Source: Phapecoctavirus 536P1. Taken from it: a DNA stretch of 64,000 bases. Position numbers and translations under genes: made by a program. This document shows positions 37,590 through 46,712 of this stretch, piece by piece. The number at the start of each line of letters is the position of its first letter. Within the stretch, counting starts at the first letter, position 1. The notes under the pieces were generated by a model. It was not told where the DNA came from. It saw nothing but the letters and a program-made list of their open reading frames with translations, and did no database searches. The stretch is taken from the sequence record OZ035728.1. One strand, 5' to 3'.

Positions 37590-39182
37590 TTAACGATCCT
37601 CTCTGATTTGATTAATCTTACGAGCAAGGGCAGCTATAAGTTTATCTTCTTCGGATATAGGAGCCGTGCTCTTACCTAAACGATGCATGTCTAGAATCTC
37701 TTGAACAGTCCGGTTCCATTGTAGACATTTAATACAACGTGTATGTGCAACATACAGAAGATTTCGTTCTGATTCTTCAAGACCTACCCACTCACCCTTC
37801 TTATCATAATTAGAAGGAAAGTCATTTGCAACAATAACCTGATCCCACTCCAAACCTTTTGATTTATGGGCCGTAGTTAAAGTAACTTTAGCCGTTGGAG
37901 AGTTACGGTGCATACGTAAAGTGTATGCAATATTATTAGCTTTACCAGAAACAACAATGTTTAAAAGTCGTTTTGCATCAGGATCTGATTCTGCACACTC
38001 TACAAATTCTTCCCAAGAAGTGTAAGGTAGAACTGTCTCATGCTTAACTTTGTCCAAATCACCTCTACGTAAAGCATTAACACTATCAACCATAGAAATG
38101 AAATCTTTGGTATCTACGTTAATAATAATCTCTTCTCCGTTAGCGATTCGGTCCATAGCTTCGAGCAACAGGGTCAAATTCTTACGGAAAATAATGGTGT
38201 AAGGTTTACTATAATCTACCACATCAGAATGAAAACTTCCAGTGACAGTATCATAACCTTTCCCTACCAGCGGATGCTTCAGAGGTGAGCGATCAGAAAG
38301 GATCGCATTAGCAATGTCCGCAACTTTAGGACCAAAGCGAAAACAAGCTGTCAGAGGCAACTCAACCCCATATGTAGCCGTTTGCTTCATCATGTTCTGG
38401 CTTCCACGGAACTGATAAATACTCTGAAACTCATCACCCACAACAACAATACGTTTAGCCGATTTAGCATTGCGAAGGATAGACAGGAATGCAGGGTTAA
38501 CATCCTGGAATTCATCTCCAAAAATAATATCGTATCCTAAATCTTCTTTACTCAATTCAAAGAGTTTCACATAGGTGTCATGAGTCATAATGGTTTCTGA
38601 TTTAGGATCAATACGCTCACGCCAAAGTTGCTTCGCATATTTAACAACTTCGTTAATAAGTTTTTGTTCGTTGATGTTCTTACGTTTAAGATCTGACATA
38701 TGCACTTTAGGAAAATGTTTATGTCCAATATGTTCATCGTCAGAAAACTCGTATTTAGCTAAAGTTTGTTTTACCATTAACCCGATCATTGCACGAGTCA
38801 GTAGCACTTTACCATTCTTATCAATCAAGTTCTGAATCTTGAATTTTTTGGCAATCTCACTACCAGTTCCAGCTACGTTAACATATTGACCTTCTGGACG
38901 AGACAATTTGTGTCGAAGGTTTTGTGGAAGACGCTGGTAACAGATTGAATGTAGCGTTCGGCACATAACATTAGGCGGCATTTTACGTCGAGCTTCCTCT
39001 GCCATACTTTTGTTAAACGCCAAGTATAGAATACTATCATTTGTGCCATTAGCCAACATATACAGTGTTGACGTTTTACCTGATCCAGATTTAGCTTGAA
39101 TTGTAACGAAACGATTTTCTTGATACCCACTTTCAATAGCGTATTGTTCATCGGTAGGTGTAAAACTCAATTGTGTAGACAC
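37590..39182 (-). CDS. UvrD/PcrA-like superfamily 1 DNA helicase
   Basis: 530 aa; Walker A QAKSGSGKTSTL and DExQ-type box IIFGDEFQD; GTG start with SD AGAGGAG. Confidence 0.8.
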   Translation of the reverse strand: MSTQLSFTPTDEQYAIESGYQENRFVTIQAKSGSGKTSTLYMLANGTNDSILYLAFNKSMAEEARRKMPPNVMCRTLHSICYQRLPQNLRHKLSRPEGQYVNVAGTGSEIAKKFKIQNLIDKNGKVLLTRAMIGLMVKQTLAKYEFSDDEHIGHKHFPKVHMSDLKRKNINEQKLINEVVKYAKQLWRERIDPKSETIMTHDTYVKLFELSKEDLGYDIIFGDEFQDVNPAFLSILRNAKSAKRIVVVGDEFQSIYQFRGSQNMMKQTATYGVELPLTACFRFGPKVADIANAILSDRSPLKHPLVGKGYDTVTGSFHSDVVDYSKPYTIIFRKNLTLLLEAMDRIANGEEIIINVDTKDFISMVDSVNALRRGDLDKVKHETVLPYTSWEEFVECAESDPDAKRLLNIVVSGKANNIAYTLRMHRNSPTAKVTLTTAHKSKGLEWDQVIVANDFPSNYDKKGEWVGLEESERNLLYVAHTRCIKCLQWNRTVQEILDMHRLGKSTAPISEEDKLIAALARKINQIREDR

Positions 39183-39196
39183 GTATTTCTCCTCTC

Positions 39197-39706
39197 TTAA
39201 TAAAAACTCTTGACAATCCTCATCATTTCCTTAGCTCTGCTGGCGTAAGGTTCTTTTAGATTAGGTGGCAAATGTGCATTAATGTACCCCATTTGTTTTT
39301 CCCATGTCCACTTATCTTTAAATCTTGGCATGGTGTCTCCTGCTAAACTGTTTTCTTTTCGTGTTTGAATAATCCAATTACATGGAAAATGCACACCACC
39401 TTTACGGAAGGGAATATAATGTCCCAATGTGAATGCCTTATTATTCTTTAAACGTCCAGCTAAATTAAGATTAACAATAAGACTACGAAACACGTAGTAT
39501 TGATAAAGATTGTCAACAGTATATACAGAGTAGTATGCTCTAAGTGCATTATCTCGACTAAGATTACCAACATCCAAACTGCACCAGTTTAAATTACTTG
39601 GATCGTAGTTGTGATTATCAATCCATTCTTCTCTTTCCTCAAATTCTGCATTAACAGCAGACTGCCCTGCTGTAGATACAAAAAGAGAATTTGCATCAAA
39701 GAACAT
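39197..39706 (-). CDS. hypothetical protein
   Basis: start at ATG after SD AAGGGGGA (track begins at GTG 39712). Confidence 0.55.
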   Translation of the reverse strand: MFFDANSLFVSTAGQSAVNAEFEEREEWIDNHNYDPSNLNWCSLDVGNLSRDNALRAYYSVYTVDNLYQYYVFRSLIVNLNLAGRLKNNKAFTLGHYIPFRKGGVHFPCNWIIQTRKENSLAGDTMPRFKDKWTWEKQMGYINAHLPPNLKEPYASRAKEMMRIVKSFY

Positions 39707-39719
39707 ACTCACTCCCCCT

Positions 39720-40073
39720 TTAGTTTACATCGTTTAGAGCATTACCAATCTTTAAGATAATAACATCGTTAAGAGCTTCTTCTCCATTAAGGCCAGAGAA
39801 AGCAGGAGTAACGAAAGTTACCATGTAATAATGGTCTTCTTGTAGGATTGCGATAACGCCGTCTAGTTTAACATCTCCTGTGAAACGAAAAACTTTCAAC
39901 TTTTGTTCTAAAGGAAGATCTCCTTCAACATTTAAAACCATATCTCCAACACCAAACTTTTCTGCCCCGATGTAGATGTAAGCTTGGTCCTCTTTTTTAT
40001 GATAATACAGTGTTGCTTGTTTGTCTTGTAGTGTTGTGATACCAAACACATCTACATCAATAATATTTTTCAA
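39720..40073 (-). CDS. hypothetical protein
   Basis: 117-aa ORF. Confidence 0.5.
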   Translation of the reverse strand: MKNIIDVDVFGITTLQDKQATLYYHKKEDQAYIYIGAEKFGVGDMVLNVEGDLPLEQKLKVFRFTGDVKLDGVIAILQEDHYYMVTFVTPAFSGLNGEEALNDVIILKIGNALNDVN

Positions 40074-40085
40074 AAAATTCTCCTC

Positions 40086-40628
40086 TTATTTTGTGTTGAC
40101 CTTATTTCGCATTAACCTGTGGGATACAGAGTTGCGAGATCTGTTTAGAACCTTACCAATCCCTGCATGACTATACCCTTCACTATTTAACTTTTCAAGA
40201 ATCTGGTCTTCTTCCTCTGTCCAGTAGCGGCGTTTAGCTTGTCTATCATCCACACCATACATGATAGGTTGCTTTACATCCATCACTTTTAGCAATCTGA
40301 CAGCCTCTTCCGCTTTCTCTTTTTTGAAACGGAGATAAGGGATTAAATTCTCAAGCAATCTTATCACACTTTCTCTGCTGCTAACATTGATATTATACAT
40401 CAAATTATCATATTTTTCAGCCCAAGCTACGCGCGATGTGAAAGAGACAGTATATCCATAACTTTCCAACTCTTTAGCCAAATCGGTCATTTCTTCTGCC
40501 GATCTCTCGTGTTGTGTAAGGTTTACTGTGTAGGAGTCTGAAGTCTCCCTGTTTCTGCTTATAATAGACCCATCACAATCTATGCAACCTGCGTAGTAAG
40601 CATAAAACAGTTGTTCTTTTATGTCCAC
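40086..40628 (-). CDS. LAGLIDADG-like domain protein fused to C-terminal helix-turn-helix
   Basis: YYAGCIDCDGSI resembles LAGLIDADG; C-terminal WTEEEDQIL...GKVLNRSRNSV HTH-like; GTG start. Confidence 0.45.
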   Translation of the reverse strand: MDIKEQLFYAYYAGCIDCDGSIISRNRETSDSYTVNLTQHERSAEEMTDLAKELESYGYTVSFTSRVAWAEKYDNLMYNINVSSRESVIRLLENLIPYLRFKKEKAEEAVRLLKVMDVKQPIMYGVDDRQAKRRYWTEEEDQILEKLNSEGYSHAGIGKVLNRSRNSVSHRLMRNKVNTK

Positions 40629-40632
40629 AATA

Positions 40633-40995
40633 TTAACCTAAACACATACGTGCGATCAGACCCTGGATGAGTTTATCTGCTTCTTCACGATCATAGTCGG
40701 TATCTTCTATACCACCATCTTCGTCACGATAAACTTTACCTTCCAGGTACCCAGCATCGATCAAACCAATAATCAAATCGAACTGCCAGCAAGAGTTACC
40801 GAAAGGGCGTTTTCCACTGAAACTATCTTCTTCTTCCCAAAGTGTAGAGAGCAGTCGTCTGAAATATTCACGCACAGTAACAGTGCCAAGATCATCGTCT
40901 TCAAAAACAACATCTAAAGCGTCTGGTTCAGCTTTCTCTACAACAGGTACATAACGTTGACCATTAATAACAACATCTACAATCGTTTCTCTCAT
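40633..40995 (-). CDS. hypothetical acidic protein
   Basis: 120-aa ORF, start overlaps upstream stop. Confidence 0.5.
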   Translation of the reverse strand: MRETIVDVVINGQRYVPVVEKAEPDALDVVFEDDDLGTVTVREYFRRLLSTLWEEEDSFSGKRPFGNSCWQFDLIIGLIDAGYLEGKVYRDEDGGIEDTDYDREEADKLIQGLIARMCLG

Positions 40996-41354
40996 TTTTC
41001 CTCCTTCTTGTATTCTAAGAACATGTCAACTTCATAAGCTGTCCGTTCATTAAATTTACTAGGATCTACTAAAATAAAAAGTTGTTTATTTATATCTTGA
41101 AACTCTTTTACTACAATGTAAAGGTGTTTCTTACAAGAGAAGCCTGTTGCTTGATAAGCATCGCCCCAATCATCCACACCTTTTAATGTTTCTACATACT
41201 TACATTTTATTTTATCTTTACCGTCTTGGTAAAGTGCTTCACCTCCGAACCATGTGAAGAACTTAGTGCGATCTGCCCCAACCTTAAAGCCGTCACGAGC
41301 AAAAACACCAGTAGAGGCTAATAACAGCAAGGCAAACAGCACTTTTCTCATCAC
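40992..41354 (-). CDS. secreted/periplasmic protein
   Basis: signal peptide MMRKVLFALLLLASTGVFA. Confidence 0.55.
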   Translation of the reverse strand: MMRKVLFALLLLASTGVFARDGFKVGADRTKFFTWFGGEALYQDGKDKIKCKYVETLKGVDDWGDAYQATGFSCKKHLYIVVKEFQDINKQLFILVDPSKFNERTAYEVDMFLEYKKEEK

Positions 41355-41659
41355 ATCTCCTCGTCGGACTTCAAGGCTTTAGAGAATACTACATTAAACA
41401 TTTCACCGCAACCATTATTAACATAATACATGATGTAATTATCATCTTCGTCTACAGGCGCACGATACTCCAATTCATAACTATATAGATTAGAATTACT
41501 TGTGCAACCTTGTGGAAACCAAAAGTAAAGTTCACCACAAGATTCTACCCATTTAAGACCAGTCCGATCTTCAAATACTAATGTAGATGGATTTTCTGAA
41601 TCTTTTACAGCTTCTTCGTAATACTGGTGCACCGTAACTGCTAATGATAATGTACTCAT
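41351..41659 (-). CDS. hypothetical protein
   Basis: start at ATG after SD GGAGG (track begins at adjacent GTG 41662). Confidence 0.5.
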   Translation of the reverse strand: MSTLSLAVTVHQYYEEAVKDSENPSTLVFEDRTGLKWVESCGELYFWFPQGCTSNSNLYSYELEYRAPVDEDDNYIMYYVNNGCGEMFNVVFSKALKSDEEM

Positions 41660-41832
41660 CACGCCTCCAAATAGTGTTTACAAATGACAAAACGCCATGT
41701 TTGTTTATAATAGTCTCTTTTTTCAAGAGCCTCTTTGTAAGAGGGTATACGTTGCGACAGAAGCATCCATTCACAATCTGCACCCATTCTTCCATAAAGC
41801 GCGTAACGGATGTTACTTTGTTTATCTCCCAT
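41659..41832 (-). CDS. hypothetical small protein (57 aa)
   Basis: strong SD AAGGAGG 5 nt before ATG; stop overlaps next start; replaces out-of-frame track ORF 41571..41795. Confidence 0.4.
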   Translation of the reverse strand: MGDKQSNIRYALYGRMGADCEWMLLSQRIPSYKEALEKRDYYKQTWRFVICKHYLEA

Positions 41833-41875
41833 AAATGCCTCCTTAATCTTGTTTACAAGTATACCCTCTAATTAG

Positions 41876-42073
41876 TTACACTTTTTCCCAAGTACCAAAA
41901 GCACAGGAAGGGTAGATCCCAACTTGAGGGTTTCCGTTATCATCTTTGAAAGTAAAACTGTTGTTGTCTTTATCAAGAACTGTAGAATAAATCTTACCAA
42001 CAGTAACGCAGTTGGAAGCTTGACCCAGTTCAGTGAGAGTAAGACATTTCATTTTCTGTTTCTTTGTAGCCAT
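41876..42073 (-). CDS. hypothetical small protein
   Basis: 65 aa; SD AAGGAG; promoter upstream. Confidence 0.55.
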   Translation of the reverse strand: MATKKQKMKCLTLTELGQASNCVTVGKIYSTVLDKDNNSFTFKDDNGNPQVGIYPSCAFGTWEKV

Positions 42074-42103
42074 TTATAAAATCTCCTTAGTAAGTGAATC
42101 TTT

Positions 42104-42133
42104 ATTCTACACAAAGAGCTTTGCACATGTCAA
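42104..42133 (-). promoter_or_regulatory. sigma70-like promoter (TTGACA-N18-TAGAAT)
   Basis: consensus hexamers about 25 nt upstream of ATG 42073; -35 embedded in an inverted repeat. Confidence 0.5.
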
Positions 42134-42155
42134 GTAGCTCTTTATCAGATTAGTC

Positions 42156-42425
42156 TTAATGATTGGTGATGTTGATGACAATCTTAGTTTCAACCTTAGC
42201 CCAACAGGAGTCTGCTTCATTAAAACGACTATTCACAATGTATTCTCCTGCACGAGAACCTGTTAAGCACACTGCACCTGTATCTGTAGCCAAATAGTAT
42301 TCCCGTTCTTGTTCATCTACTTCTGCAATGTAATAGTAGAAAACAGACATAGGTTCAATTTCAGATAAACGGTATAACTTTGGAACAGGGGATTTCTCGA
42401 TAAACTCAACAGAAGTTTTACTCAT
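42156..42425 (-). CDS. hypothetical protein
   Basis: 89 aa; SD AGGAG; ATGA overlap with upstream gene. Confidence 0.55.
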   Translation of the reverse strand: MSKTSVEFIEKSPVPKLYRLSEIEPMSVFYYYIAEVDEQEREYYLATDTGAVCLTGSRAGEYIVNSRFNEADSCWAKVETKIVINITNH

Positions 42426-42619
42426 TTGTTTTCTCCTAGATCTAAACTAATTAAGAAGTCACGAAGGATGATCATTTGTTCTGTAGACAATGATAATACA
42501 CCTTCTCCATAAATATCACCAGACCATTCAGCAGTAAGATCTAACACACCAGTACCAGGGAACCAGTCTACTGTGATCTGATTACCATTAGAATCAGGTA
42601 GTACACCATTAACTAACAT
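42422..42619 (-). CDS. hypothetical small protein
   Basis: start moved to internal ATG with SD AGGAGAG because a TTGTTC-N17-TAAGAT promoter lies inside the longer track ORF. Confidence 0.45.
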   Translation of the reverse strand: MLVNGVLPDSNGNQITVDWFPGTGVLDLTAEWSGDIYGEGVLSLSTEQMIILRDFLISLDLGENK

Positions 42620-42645
42620 AACACACTCTCCTATTATTGTTCTTG

Positions 42646-42674
42646 ATCTTACGATCATCTACCGATAAGAACAA
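42646..42674 (-). promoter_or_regulatory. sigma70-like promoter (TTGTTC-N17-TAAGAT)
   Basis: hexamers positioned about 25 nt upstream of revised ATG 42619. Confidence 0.4.
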
Positions 42675-42795
42675 GTACTTAAATCTCTGTTCTTCGAACA
42701 TCTGACGATAGAGATTAATCTATTACATAATCTATACTCGCTATCGCTCGACCCTTCGGGGTTAGGGTAGCATATTTTTTGAAAAAAGTCAACAC

Positions 42796-43146
42796 TTATT
42801 TTTTGGTAAGTAGATAAATCAATTGTTCACCTGCTTCTGGTGCATATAGTGCTTTAGTATCGAAGTCAAAGAAGTGAGTGACTCCTGTTACTTTGGATGT
42901 ATGAATAGATAATCGTGCAAGCTTAAGCAGATTATCCATTTCCGCAATCTTTGCACGAAATACTGCACGTGTAGCGTCAAAAGCTGCATGTGGCATGTAT
43001 TTACGATTTAGACTACTACGTTTAAATTTACGATAATCTGCAATGATCCTGTTACGTTCTTTGTTCAAGTGCTTTACCAGTGCAGTATATACATGTGGTT
43101 CTTTGTTAGCCATTGTTAATCTCCTCTTCATATATTGGTAGTGCAT
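42796..43146 (-). CDS. hypothetical basic protein
   Basis: 116-aa ORF. Confidence 0.5.
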   Translation of the reverse strand: MHYQYMKRRLTMANKEPHVYTALVKHLNKERNRIIADYRKFKRSSLNRKYMPHAAFDATRAVFRAKIAEMDNLLKLARLSIHTSKVTGVTHFFDFDTKALYAPEAGEQLIYLLTKK

Positions 43147-43318
43147 GGTATGCGATCACAGGTGCCAAGTCAAAATAAAAATGACCATTGATAACAGCTA
43201 TCGTGCCATTGCGTGTTTTGTTAACTTCACAGAATCCCTTCTTGCCGTTTGCCATGATTACAAGCCACTCTCCGATAGGAACATCCTCGGTACCAGATAC
43301 TTTAATCCATCCACTCAC
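43106..43318 (-). CDS. hypothetical small protein
   Basis: 70-aa ORF overlapping neighbours at both ends. Confidence 0.4.
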   Translation of the reverse strand: MSGWIKVSGTEDVPIGEWLVIMANGKKGFCEVNKTRNGTIAVINGHFYFDLAPVIAYHALPIYEEEINNG

Positions 43319-43575
43319 TTTACTTCCCCTTTGTAATCGGACACTATACCAGGTCTTACTTTTGCCTTAAGATGTTTCAACTCTGCCATAGGAGTTGCCA
43401 CTTGTATAAGGTTAATAATTTCAACCTCGTAGATAGTATACTCATAACCCGCATACTTCCCAATGGAATGCAGGTATTTGATAGCATGTTCAGGTGAATC
43501 TGCTTCAACATACCCCAAATCTTTTGTAGTGCGGCCTTCACAGTCGCCTTCTGTAGTTACGTGATAAAGTGTCAT
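43315..43575 (-). CDS. hypothetical protein
   Basis: 86 aa; SD GAGGAGG. Confidence 0.55.
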   Translation of the reverse strand: MTLYHVTTEGDCEGRTTKDLGYVEADSPEHAIKYLHSIGKYAGYEYTIYEVEIINLIQVATPMAELKHLKAKVRPGIVSDYKGEVK

Positions 43576-43721
43576 AAAACCTCCTCATAGTAAGGTAAAG
43601 CCTTGATCAGTTGTTCTGAAGTGCCATTTTGCACCCACGTAACACCCTTGTCAAGAGAAACATACCCTTTCTTATTGATAAATTTACGGAGACAACCAGT
43701 GAACTTGTTTTTGTAGATCAT
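43572..43721 (-). CDS. hypothetical small basic protein (49 aa)
   Basis: ATGA overlaps at both ends link it translationally to neighbours. Confidence 0.35.
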   Translation of the reverse strand: MIYKNKFTGCLRKFINKKGYVSLDKGVTWVQNGTSEQLIKALPYYEEVL

Positions 43722-44152
43722 TTCTTCTTTCCTTTCTTTAATTTGTTGTGACCTTTACCCTTATAAAGCTTGTGATTACGAGCAGACGGGTTATTTTGGT
43801 TCTCCAGACGGCTAACAGGTGTATTCCAAAGGTTTCCTACTACAAAAGATGCTGCCACAAGTTCTTCCAGGTATACAAAATCCAAAGCAGGTATCTTTGT
43901 TTCCCTCATCTCGCGTTCTACATTAGACAACACGCCTTCTTCCTTACTGTCTTCTTTTTCAATTACAGACCAACCCTCTTCCTGCCAAGCTTCCCCTCTG
44001 AACCAAGTTTCCATGTTATAACCTTGTTCGTCGAGAATAACACCATCTCGCATCTCAAACCATTCGCCACCACAAAAATGGCGGTGCTCAACACGTCTAC
44101 CTTCCTTCATTGCTTCTTTAGCTTCGGGCCAAGTCAGTTTGATGTTTTGCAT
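43718..44152 (-). CDS. hypothetical protein, first gene of minus-strand block
   Basis: 144 aa; SD AAGGAG; promoter immediately upstream. Confidence 0.6.
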   Translation of the reverse strand: MQNIKLTWPEAKEAMKEGRRVEHRHFCGGEWFEMRDGVILDEQGYNMETWFRGEAWQEEGWSVIEKEDSKEEGVLSNVEREMRETKIPALDFVYLEELVAASFVVGNLWNTPVSRLENQNNPSARNHKLYKGKGHNKLKKGKKK

Positions 44153-44182
44153 TTGTTTTCTCCTTTTGTTTGGTAGGAGTTG

Positions 44183-44210
44183 ATCTTAACAAGATTAAAA
44201 AGTATGTCAA
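44183..44210 (-). promoter_or_regulatory. sigma70-like promoter (TTGACA-N16-TAAGAT) for minus-strand block
   Basis: consensus -35 with recurrent TAAGAT -10 about 30 nt upstream of ATG 44152. Confidence 0.55.
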
Positions 44211-44213
44211 TAC

Positions 44214-44241
44214 TTGATCTGAAATTATTTTCAGGTATCAT
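44214..44241 (+). promoter_or_regulatory. divergent sigma70-like promoter (TTGATC-N16-TATCAT) for plus-strand early genes
   Basis: back-to-back with minus-strand promoter; about 25 nt upstream of ATG 44267. Confidence 0.45.
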
Positions 44242-44266
44242 GTATGAACATTAACAAGAGAGGTAG

Positions 44267-44560
44267 ATGATGAACATTACTTTAGCAACTAAGAATATTT
44301 CTGAAACAATTAACGGTTTTGGTGTGATTGTAGCCTTGCACGGTAACAATGAGAAATGGTTGGCTTCTTTTGAAGAGGATCGTCAACACAACATTATTTT
44401 AGATGCCCCTATAAAAGTTATGCATATCGTTGGTGAAAGCAAAGTGCTCACTTCCTCCCGTTCAAAAGAACAAATTACAAATGAATTAGTAAAACTGCTT
44501 GACAATGTTCTTAACATGTTTGATAATGCACCCATCGATACAAAACGTGTCTTAATGTGA
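44267..44560 (+). CDS. hypothetical protein
   Basis: 97 aa; SD AAGAGAGG. Confidence 0.55.
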   Translation: MMNITLATKNISETINGFGVIVALHGNNEKWLASFEEDRQHNIILDAPIKVMHIVGESKVLTSSRSKEQITNELVKLLDNVLNMFDNAPIDTKRVLM

Positions 44561-44572
44561 GAGGAGAACAAA

Positions 44573-44710
44573 ATGTACTATTCACAAGACGAAGTAGCAA
44601 ACATTAAACTGGCAGTGGGAGATCTTATTGTGTCACCTAACTACTATTGGGATAACAGAGATTTGGTTGAAGTAGTAACCCATGTTGGAGTTGAAGGTAT
44701 TGTGCTCTAG
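44573..44710 (+). CDS. hypothetical small protein (45 aa)
   Basis: SD GAGGAG 7 nt before ATG. Confidence 0.4.
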   Translation: MYYSQDEVANIKLAVGDLIVSPNYYWDNRDLVEVVTHVGVEGIVL

Positions 44711-44856
44711 ATACTAGGTGGAGGTGTTGTTGGGGAAATGGAACGTTATACGACAACGAAGAAACTGGTAAGCTCTTATCACATGTTTTTACACCAAGGT
44801 TCGGAAGAGTATACAGCTTTCTTGTTGAAATTAGATGCAGATCGGGAGAAGGCACG

Positions 44857-45213
44857 ATGAAAATTGTACACGATGAAATTCAAATAGAAGAAAGTGACCT
44901 GATGGATTTGGATGCAGTTTTGGGGGAGGTAATCTATGCAGGAATTAAAGCCTTCCGTGAGAAGGCAAACAATAGCACGTTTGTCATGATCCCCACTAAA
45001 CTGATGCGTGTTTTGTATCCAAATAGAAGTGCGCCGTATACAGATGAAGAAGAGGAGACAGGTAGAAGAGAGTGGTTAAATATTTTAGAAAAGATGGAGA
45101 ATGCTTTTATTGATAGTGGTAATCCAGAAATCGTGTATGCTGAAGATCAAAGGAAGGCACGGTTAGAGGGCCGTCTTTTATTCGCTAGTTATTTTGATAA
45201 TCTTTGGAGCTAA
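44857..45213 (+). CDS. hypothetical acidic protein
   Basis: 118-aa ORF. Confidence 0.55.
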   Translation: MKIVHDEIQIEESDLMDLDAVLGEVIYAGIKAFREKANNSTFVMIPTKLMRVLYPNRSAPYTDEEEETGRREWLNILEKMENAFIDSGNPEIVYAEDQRKARLEGRLLFASYFDNLWS

Positions 45214-45215
45214 AT

Positions 45216-45392
45216 ATGTCTGAATTCTTCACAATGGCTTTCTTAGGGATCTATCTGATTATTAGTGCTGTTGGCTTAATCATGTCTCTAATAGAGGAAA
45301 TGGGAATTAAGTGGAATTGTGCATTCGGTATAGCTCTTATGCTCACTCCAGTTTGGATCTACATTTGCAAATCGGTTGAACTAATTGGTTAA
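45216..45392 (+). CDS. small membrane protein
   Basis: 58 aa from internal ATG with SD GGAG; two hydrophobic segments. Confidence 0.5.
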   Translation: MSEFFTMAFLGIYLIISAVGLIMSLIEEMGIKWNCAFGIALMLTPVWIYICKSVELIG

Positions 45393-45402
45393 TGGAGGTA
45401 AT

Positions 45403-45741
45403 ATGTTTAGTAAAGAAATGAGAGAGGTGATCGCTACTCTGGTAGTTGATCATGGTGTTGAAGTTGAGCGTCACGTTTGGAAAGACGAGCCTCCTTTCTT
45501 TGATTTGGCATCACGGGCTAAAAGTCACATGTATCTCCTTGAAGATGATAAGGATTTTATTCTGCGTATGCGTTATGATCGAGAGTTTAGAATTCCTCTT
45601 GACACAGATCCTGATGATGTAGTATTGTGGTTGGCAGAGCATTTCGCATTTAACGCTCTACATGGAAGAAGTTTTGGTAATGAACGTTGGGATACCATTT
45701 GTCGTAAACATAATATTGAACCAGAATACGGGAGTATGTAA
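45403..45741 (+). CDS. hypothetical protein
   Basis: start at ATG after SD GGAGG. Confidence 0.55.
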   Translation: MFSKEMREVIATLVVDHGVEVERHVWKDEPPFFDLASRAKSHMYLLEDDKDFILRMRYDREFRIPLDTDPDDVVLWLAEHFAFNALHGRSFGNERWDTICRKHNIEPEYGSM

Positions 45742-45992
45742 TGTTAAGTATCAAACCTAAAATGATTACTGAAGATCAAAAAGATTACATTTATAAATGT
45801 GGTCGGGTGTGGAAAGAATACACTAAAGGTAATGAAGTTATTGTAGTTACGGAACATGCTATTTCTTTATCAGATCTTTTTGGTGATTATTTGCAAGTCA
45901 TTAAAATTGGTATTGACAGAGGTTTGGTGCAGGTGTTAACATTATCCCAAGTTGAAGCAGAACACTTAGACAAAATCATTGTCGAGTTCTAA
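45741..45992 (+). CDS. hypothetical protein
   Basis: 83 aa; TAATG overlap with upstream gene. Confidence 0.55.
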   Translation: MLSIKPKMITEDQKDYIYKCGRVWKEYTKGNEVIVVTEHAISLSDLFGDYLQVIKIGIDRGLVQVLTLSQVEAEHLDKIIVEF

Positions 45993-46005
45993 GAGGAGAA
46001 AGAAT

Positions 46006-46170
46006 ATGATCTCTTTAGAATCAATAGCTTTTAAGAAAGGGTATACCGCAGGGTTCAAGTTTGGTATGTTTAATAAAGTAAATCCATATTGTCCAATGAC
46101 ACACAAAAAGGAATTCGAAGAATGGGAAGATGGATTTTCTAAAGGCTATCAGGCAAAGGGTTGGTTGTAA
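46006..46170 (+). CDS. hypothetical small protein
   Basis: 54 aa from ATG after SD GAGGAG. Confidence 0.45.
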   Translation: MISLESIAFKKGYTAGFKFGMFNKVNPYCPMTHKKEFEEWEDGFSKGYQAKGWL

Positions 46171-46179
46171 GGAGAGAAT

Positions 46180-46344
46180 ATGATTTTAAACTTCATCATC
46201 AACTTGTGTTTGACATTGGGACTACTTTGTGCAATAGTATCTCCTTTGGTTGGTGAATATTGTTCTGAATTGGCGATGTTTATAGTTCTTGGTGCGGCTA
46301 TTGCTAATATGTTTGTCGCTGCGATTTGTATGTTGTGGGAATAG
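46180..46344 (+). CDS. small hydrophobic membrane peptide (54 aa)
   Basis: SD AAGGAGAG; two predicted TM helices. Confidence 0.45.
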   Translation: MILNFIINLCLTLGLLCAIVSPLVGEYCSELAMFIVLGAAIANMFVAAICMLWE

Positions 46345-46355
46345 GAGGGAAGTTT

Positions 46356-46712
46356 ATGAAAAAATTAATCTTAGCCACATTGCTGGCTACCGTAAGCTTC
46401 ACCACTTACGCTCAAAAATTTGTAGCAGTTAAAACGAATATTGGTAAAGATGTTGTGATCACAGGCAACAAGTTTTACTATACACTTGGGAATGGTGTTC
46501 TAGAAGAGTGCAAAGATGTTGAGGCATATACAGGAAAAGAAGATAACACGGAACGTCCTTTTTATTCGATTATAGCTACTTGCAAAAATGAAATAGTAGC
46601 TATTAAACAATACAAAGATGCACCTGGAGGAGAGTACTTATTAATCAAGAATATTAAGAGTGAAAAAACTGCAAAGTTTACAGTAATTATTTTAAAAGGA
46701 GAAACGTTCTAA
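46356..46712 (+). CDS. secreted protein
   Basis: start at ATG after SD AGGAGG; signal peptide MKKLILATLLATVSFTTYA. Confidence 0.6.
   Translation: MKKLILATLLATVSFTTYAQKFVAVKTNIGKDVVITGNKFYYTLGNGVLEECKDVEAYTGKEDNTERPFYSIIATCKNEIVAIKQYKDAPGGEYLLIKNIKSEKTAKFTVIILKGETF

Noticed and set aside
41571-41795. 74-aa minus-strand track ORF
   Set aside because: Out of frame with, and fully overlapped by, a 57-aa ORF (41659-41832) that has a strong SD and start/stop coupling to its neighbours.
42620-42658. Longer 78-aa version of gene 42422..42658
   Set aside because: A well-formed TTGTTC-N17-TAAGAT promoter would start transcription downstream of that ATG; the internal ATG with SD AGGAGAG was used instead.
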